Shown here in pieces: positions 57,719 through 64,000 of a DNA stretch of 64,000 nucleotides (the first letter of the stretch is position 1; each line of letters begins with the position of its first letter). The notes beneath the pieces were generated by a model, which saw only the letters and a program-made list of their open reading frames with translations, had not been told where the DNA came from and did not search any database. The stretch is taken from positions 67,270,001 through 67,334,000 of the forward strand of contig OX597822.1 of the NCBI GenBank assembly GCA_951406725.2. The letters run 5' to 3'. Both the position numbers and the translations under genes were made by a program. This stretch comes from Octopus vulgaris (Eukaryota).

Positions 57719-59040
57719 GCGTATACGTGTATGCCTGTCGGTTTCTCGAGTTGTATGTATATGTAGACAAATTGTGTCCGTATTAACAATTCTATGTAGA
57801 AGCATAATATATTATATTTGCATCCATATATTTATGTATATTTTATAAATATATGTATATGTGTGTAGGTATGCCTTTCTGTATATATGCGTGTATATAT
57901 ACAATATACAAAATTTGTTCGCATACAAACATAAGTAGGTACATATATATATATGTTTATACATATATGTATGTATATCAATATACGTCTGTGTACATAT
58001 ATGTATGTATATCAATATGCATGTGTTTATGTATGTATTTATGTATGTGTGTGTGTCTGTCAGTATGTATGTATGCATGTGTGTATGTATTTATGTATGT
58101 ATAGCGAGATATAGAGAGGGAGATGAAGAATAAAAGACGAATTGTAAAACAACGGAAAGAGAGATATGCATCGCCTGAAAATTAGGATCCGAAACGCTTT
58201 TAAGTTTACATAATCACATTGTGAAACACACACATACATGCATTCGCTCATACATATTTCATCATAGCTGTCCATTCGATGTCGAGTGTGTCCGTTCACC
58301 GAACTTTGTCAGTCCGTTTTATATTTCTGTACGAGTAAATTGCATGCAAGTGTCACATTGGCAAATATAACAGTGCGTACTTTCGCTGAAAGTTAATTGA
58401 GCTTGTACCGTCAGCAATACACATTTTTGCATTAGGGAAAGAATTTTTTATAGCACAAACATATCAGGCGATCGGACAATAAACACGAACAGATATTATA
58501 TCGGAACATTCCATTGCGTTCCGTTCAAGTGCTGCTACAGTATAACAAACTTTAAATTTCCAGTTTTTCATTTTCAGAGAAATATCCTGACCATAATTAG
58601 CATTTTATCATCCCATAAGTAGTCGAGCTTGCTTACCATTTACAGCATTTCTGTATCCTTGTCCACAATTGCTGTATAGCTGTTGCCCTCGTCCGTCCGT
58701 CCTTTGAGTAAATTCAGATTATTTTTCTGCCAAGATTGTAGAAATACACCTTACAAGATATGCACGGTCAGGGTGTGGATTTAATCGCTTGCGAACCTCC
58801 GCTGTCCACAATGTACTGCATCAGTTGTTAACAGTAGCATCGAATTTGACAAGACATGCAAACAAATATATACATACATACGTTATGAGATAAACACTTC
58901 TGCACCCTTTTACATGGTGCACGCTAACAGAAATTTATTCTTCTTTAATACAATTTTAAATTAAAAGCATTTATAGGGAATTAAATGTAATGCTCCAAAA
59001 CTGATTGATGATGATGATGATGTTGATGATGATGATGATG

Positions 59041-59079
<39 letters not shown>

Positions 59080-59572
59080 TAAGAGAGAGAGAGAAAGAGG
59101 GATGGTTTTATTTCCTGCAGGAAAATAGACATCTTCCCATCCGGTTTGTTATGATAATTGAACATCACTTAGTTCGTGAGTACACTTTGGAAACTGGACA
59201 GCCTTAATTTATGATATCATTTGAGATGATCTCGCATAAAAGTGCTTGTTAGAACGTACACAAATATTCTTCCTGTTTTTACAAGTGTGAATTATTTTAG
59301 GATGTGCTATAAAAATGCTTATAAATATAATTGTATTTGTAAATCCAAATTGTCAACAAGCAGATAACGGACACTAACAAATAGAAATAATAGGATTGTT
59401 TTAACATAGATTACATTATTTTGTTGAGCCGGCAGTTTAATTATGGCTTTTAGAAACAGAATTCATGTGTTCACCCACAATAGCAACAAGGGGCTCGTTG
59501 ACTATCCCTGTCTTGCGAGTTAAGGTTTCTATTTGACAAAAAAGAAACAAAAAACGTTACATGGGTGAAATA

Positions 59573-59792
59573 TATTGGTTTTAAATTTTGGCTCAAAGTC
59601 AGAGGTTTTAATGGGAGGGGCCAAGTTCTTTAAATTGCCTCTAGTTTCCAACTAGTTGTTTATTTTATCGACCCTGAGAGGATCAAAAGGAGAGCCGACC
59701 CCTGCGGAATGCGAACTCAGAACATGAAGGCGGGAGAAACGGCGCTAAGTATTTTGACTGGCGTGCTAACGGTTCTGCTAGCTCGCTGTCTG
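59573..59792 (-). mobile_element. older SINE B-related copy with TSD
   Basis: ACATGGGTGAAATATA repeated at about 59559 and 59793. Confidence 0.75.
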
Positions 59793-59981
59793 ACATGGGT
59801 GAAATATAATGTCGTTGACATTAGCTATATAAGCACCCTGCTAGACTTTTGAAAACAATAGCATTCGATTAATATCATTACAAATCAACAGGTAACGCAA
59901 AATCAAAAATTCTGATGAGTCAGTCAAGATCTGTACGGTAAAAATACCGCATATTCATTGCACAACTTTCAAGCAGAGGTG

Positions 59982-60184
59982 TTACTCTTTTACTTGTTTA
60001 AGTCATTTGCTGTGACCATGCTGGAATACCGCCTTTAGTCGAGCTAATCGACACCAGGACTTATTCTTTGTAAGCCTAGTACTTATTCTATCGGTCTCTT
60101 TTGCTGAACCGCTAAGTTACGGGGACGTAAACACACCAGCATCGGCTGTCAAGCGATGTTGGGGGGACAAACACAGACACCCAA

Positions 60185-60217
<33 letters not shown>

Positions 60218-60391
60218 CACATATACATGACAGGCTTCTTTCAGTTTCCGTCTACCAAATCCACTCACAAGGCTTTGGTCGGCCCGAGGCTATAGTAGAA
60301 GACACTTGTCCAAGGTGTCACACAGTGGGACTGAACCCAGAACCATGTGGTTGGTAAGCAAACTACTTACCACACAGCCACTCCTGCGCCT
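59982..60391 (-). mobile_element. SINE family A, full length
   Basis: Similarity to the other copies. Confidence 0.92.
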
Positions 60392-61987
60392 AAATTGTTC
60401 TGCATTACGCACTTAAAATGTTATTGGGTTTCCGCTTTAGAGCACCAGCTGCAAATTAGATCTGTGTCTGCTTTCATGCATGTGCGAAATGCAAGTGAGT
60501 CAATACGATATACTTCGTTTGAAGTATAGCTATAGAACATAAAATATCGAGTGGTATTTTCTTAGAGAAATTTACAGGACGGTAAATTTAAAAAAATGAA
60601 TATATAGTTTTACTTTTGTGGTGCCATGTGCTCTCAAGTGATGCGGAGTCGGCTGGTGTAGGCGAAATCGGCAGGTCCCAAATTTCTAGACGTTGCTCCC
60701 CTCATATCTAAACTGTCGTGTGTTATGTACTAGAAATTATAGCAATTTCTAGGTGTGTATGTGTAAAATATAACATATCAAACCTGAATGCATGATGAAA
60801 CCTACCTGAAAAAAAGAGCATAAACCGTATATACGTTGCTGATTGAATGCTTTTAAAATAAATTGTTCAAAGCGATTAAACAGATAAAATGATTAATTAC
60901 AATTTAAAAGAAACATAAATAGCTGTACAGAAATAATTAATTAAAATCTAATAAAATATAACTATTTATCTGCCGCAGAAACCCGCGATATACTAAAGTC
61001 CGCGATATAAATTTACATGTATTAACCAGAAAAGTCCGCCATGTACTGAGTACGCGATTGGTGAACCATCATGTACAGAGTGTGCGATGGCTGAACCGTA
61101 ATATGGTGAGGGTTTACTGTATTCCCTCATTATAAACCTTGAATTTAATTCTACTGATCGTAATTGTACAGTAGCTGTAATTCTACTGATTTGTAGTATT
61201 TCGTTTTGATTCTTTATATCTATCTCTAGTTCTTTAGAGGAATGACAATTCAATACTTGTGTATTGTCTTCACGAGTCATTAGTGATAGTTGTACGACAG
61301 TTTCGCCATTTGATTACTGAATGTTCCACGGGAATTATGTTTGTTACTTCGTAGTTGGATCTGTTAATTTTGAATCAAACAGATCGGTAACAGATGTAAA
61401 AAAATCGGCTTCAAACTGAGAAAAACTATTAATTTGTGTTCTCAGGCAAAACGGAAACCGATTTAAGATAACCACTGACAACATGAAAATTCTATAGTAA
61501 TGTCATAGTGGTATCTCTAACGAGTAAAACAGCATGAAAATTCGTAGAAAGAACAATTTAAAACTTGTATAATGATGTAGGAGTCTGTCAAGGAGTTCGT
61601 GAACAGCGTGCATCTGCTCATGAAAAAATATATGAACATGTGCTGTTTAGTATGATAAATGGTTGCTTAATTATAAAATCATATATAATCAGGAAAGGTG
61701 TCCGTTTTTTCAAATTATTTAGCAATAGAAATTTTAGGCTTTGGAGATTTCACAAATTATAGAAAATTGAAGGAGAGTGAAAAATATGAAGAGGCAAGAA
61801 CAAATTGTAGAAATTTTTTTATATTTCTTTCATTGAAACTGAAAAATAGACCTACTCCGACGTTAAAGGTAAAAATGAAGAATGGATTATAGATAATTGC
61901 TTCTATTTCTTTTCTGTCAACAAAACTGTATCACTTCCAAAGGCGATAGAAATTACAAAGTTCTATGGGACAGAGTATGTGGACGTA

Positions 61988-63218
61988 TCTGTGTCTATAA
62001 AAGGCATGATGTGTGTGTGTGTGTGTGCGTGTGTGTGTGTGTGTTGTGTGTGTGCGTGTGTGTACGTGATTGTAATTTAAGCACGTCCACAAATTAGCAC
62101 GCATGTCGCTCCAATTGTAGGGGGACATTCGTCAACACGCTACCAGGATTTTGTCAACTTATTTTTTTCCCGAGGCACCCGCGGATAGCGGTAAATATCT
62201 ACTTTCAGCCATAGCTTTTACCAATTTTGAAGTTTGCTAACACGAGTTAAGTCCCTTCTAGCCATAGCCAAGCAAATGTGTATGAGGGAGAGAGAGAAGT
62301 TTTGTGTTGATGTATGTGTGTTTGTGTGTGTGAGGGAGAGAGAGCGTTTCACAATGTCTAACAAAAAAAGTAAAGAAAAAGTATGTGTAAGGAAGAGTGG
62401 GAGATAGTTTGACAGCGTCTAACAAAAAAAATAAGGTAAAGAAAAGTGGAAGAGAGGTAGAGTAATTGACAGCGTCTAACAAAAAAAAAACGGTAAAGAA
62501 AAGGTGAGAGAGAGAAAGAGGGGGAGAGTTTGACAGCGTTCATAAAAATACAATGTAAAACGTTTTGTTTTTTCTAAAACATGATTGTTCAAATTTAGGA
62601 TGTTTTTGAAAGACACTATATTTTATAATCAGATTATATATACTTTCTCACACAACAATTACAATATATTTATTTTAAATCATTTATTTATTTTAAATCG
62701 TTCATCTTTCTCCTCTCTCTCTTATTCACACACATTACTTTGGGTGCGAAATAGTTTTGTTTTTATTTTACGCTGAGTAAAAAAGTGTTTTCTTGAGAAT
62801 CCATTTATTTAACAACAAAGAAAGAAAGAGATATGTAACAGTTTGTCAATGAATTACACAGTATAAATGGGTACGATTTCCGAGGCTTCCACCACACCAC
62901 ACCCCCTTTTACGGACCACAAAAAGGGTTTTGTAGCATATTAGGAAGACAGAGTAGTTGAATCCACGCAAAAAAAAAAAGATTTTTTTTCTTAATGAAAA
63001 TCGTGCGAGTGTTGATCTACAAATTTACCAACATTTTTCCCAATCATTTCTGTTTATGAACATGTATGCGTGCAAAAACCATATGCAATATATATAAATC
63101 AATTTCAACGAATTTCGCCCAAATCTGACGTCGATATTACTTAGTTTGGTTTGAAATAAAACTTGATTAGCTTTATAATCGTAACTTAATCCCGGGCAAG
63201 GCCGGGTTATACTGCTAG
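61988..63218 (+). mobile_element. probable non-autonomous Helitron
   Basis: A|TCTGTGTCTATAAAAGG then (TG)n at the 5' end; CCCGG-GCAAGG-CCGGG hairpin at 63191-63206 then CTAG|T at the 3' end; internal ~60-bp tandem repeats at about 62280-62540. Confidence 0.65.
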
Positions 63219-63452
63219 TCATAAATATAGTGCTGAAATCAGACGGAAAATTTCAAATGTTAACTTACAACAAGAATCAAGGAAATTTTTAATAAATGTG
63301 TTTACAAGAACATACACAACTTTTTAATATGTTACTCAGTCAATTGAATAATTAATTAGAAGCATACATTCATTAATTTATGCTTGTCAGATCCAAAACA
63401 TTACAAGCGGATAAGATAATAATAGTAACAAGTAGAATCTTTCTACCTGATA

Positions 63453-63496
<44 letters not shown>

Positions 63497-63717
63497 GTAG
63501 GTATGCTGTTGCAAACAGGAAAGATAGAACTCAAAATATGAGTATATGTATGTTTTTATTAATATTTAGTAGAAACAACAGTTTGATAAGAGCCAACACA
63601 CGAAACACTCCCATCTCGAGTCACGCTGTTGCTTCTGCTAAATATTAATATATATGCTTTAGAAGCGTTCAGATGTTTTAGAAAGTTAAAGAAGTGATTG
63701 CAGAAAAAAGTGTTGGC

Positions 63718-63793
63718 GGCCGGCTATGAGACTCGAACTCACACCTCCGTGATTACGCGTCGCGGCGCTCTGAACCATTAAGCTAAACTGCCC
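63718..63793 (-). pseudogene. tRNA-like sequence (tRNA pseudogene or SINE head) with T6 terminator
   Basis: GGGCAGTTTAGCTTAATGGTTCAGAGCG...GTGAGTTCGAGTCTCATAGCCGGCC: box A, box B, D and T arms pair; acceptor and anticodon arms imperfect; TTTTTT at 63704-63709 on the minus strand. Confidence 0.65.
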
Positions 63794-64000
63794 ACAACAC
63801 AAGTTCTTTCTCAAATTTAAGATATATAGAAATCTCGCTTTATGAGACGCTATCATACGTTAAATTCAAATTACGAAAAACATAATCAAAAGCTAATCAT
63901 GAAATACGAAAAAATGAAAGATAATGATTTAGCCGTGGCTATGAGAAAATCTTGTATTCTCTTTAAATAGCCGAAAAAGTGATTCAAAATGACAAAAAGT

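Noticed and set aside
59911-59950. CTGATGA hits here and at about 5652, 16957 and 28255 as hammerheads
   Set aside because: No properly placed GAAA with supporting stems
60993-61280. 95-aa minus-strand ORF with a short internal repeat as a host exon
   Set aside because: No recognisable domain; in-frame stop between the nearest upstream AG and the ATG
63718-63793. Functional tRNA gene
   Set aside because: Acceptor stem pairs poorly and the anticodon arm is irregular; kept only as tRNA-like

Overview
AT-rich, microsatellite-dense animal genomic DNA with no host protein-coding gene that I can support. The SINE repertoire and simple-repeat load suggest an octopus or other cephalopod intron/intergenic region (inference). 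Most of the window is transposon debris: several tRNA-derived SINE families, mariner/Tc1/pogo derivatives, a Tx1/L1-type LINE end, an RTE tail and a probable non-autonomous Helitron. The main feature is a young, nearly intact Penelope-like retroelement (Neptune-type RT + GIY-YIG) at about 40927-46224. It is inserted in a (TA)n tract and bounded by ~725-bp inverted pseudo-LTRs. It appears to have a gag-pol-like two-ORF layout: a 431-aa ORF1 ends just after an in-phase T TTT TTA slippery heptamer, and the -1 frame from that site encodes the conserved PLE RT N-terminal motif with no ATG of its own. Its pLTR carries a duplicated E-box/CCAAT/E2F module, a TATA-like box and a variant minimal hammerhead ribozyme. 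At least five other hammerhead or hammerhead-like motifs occur in short PLE remnants, most of them abutting (TA)n. Nearly all short ORFs in the supplied track are translations of microsatellites or SINEs.
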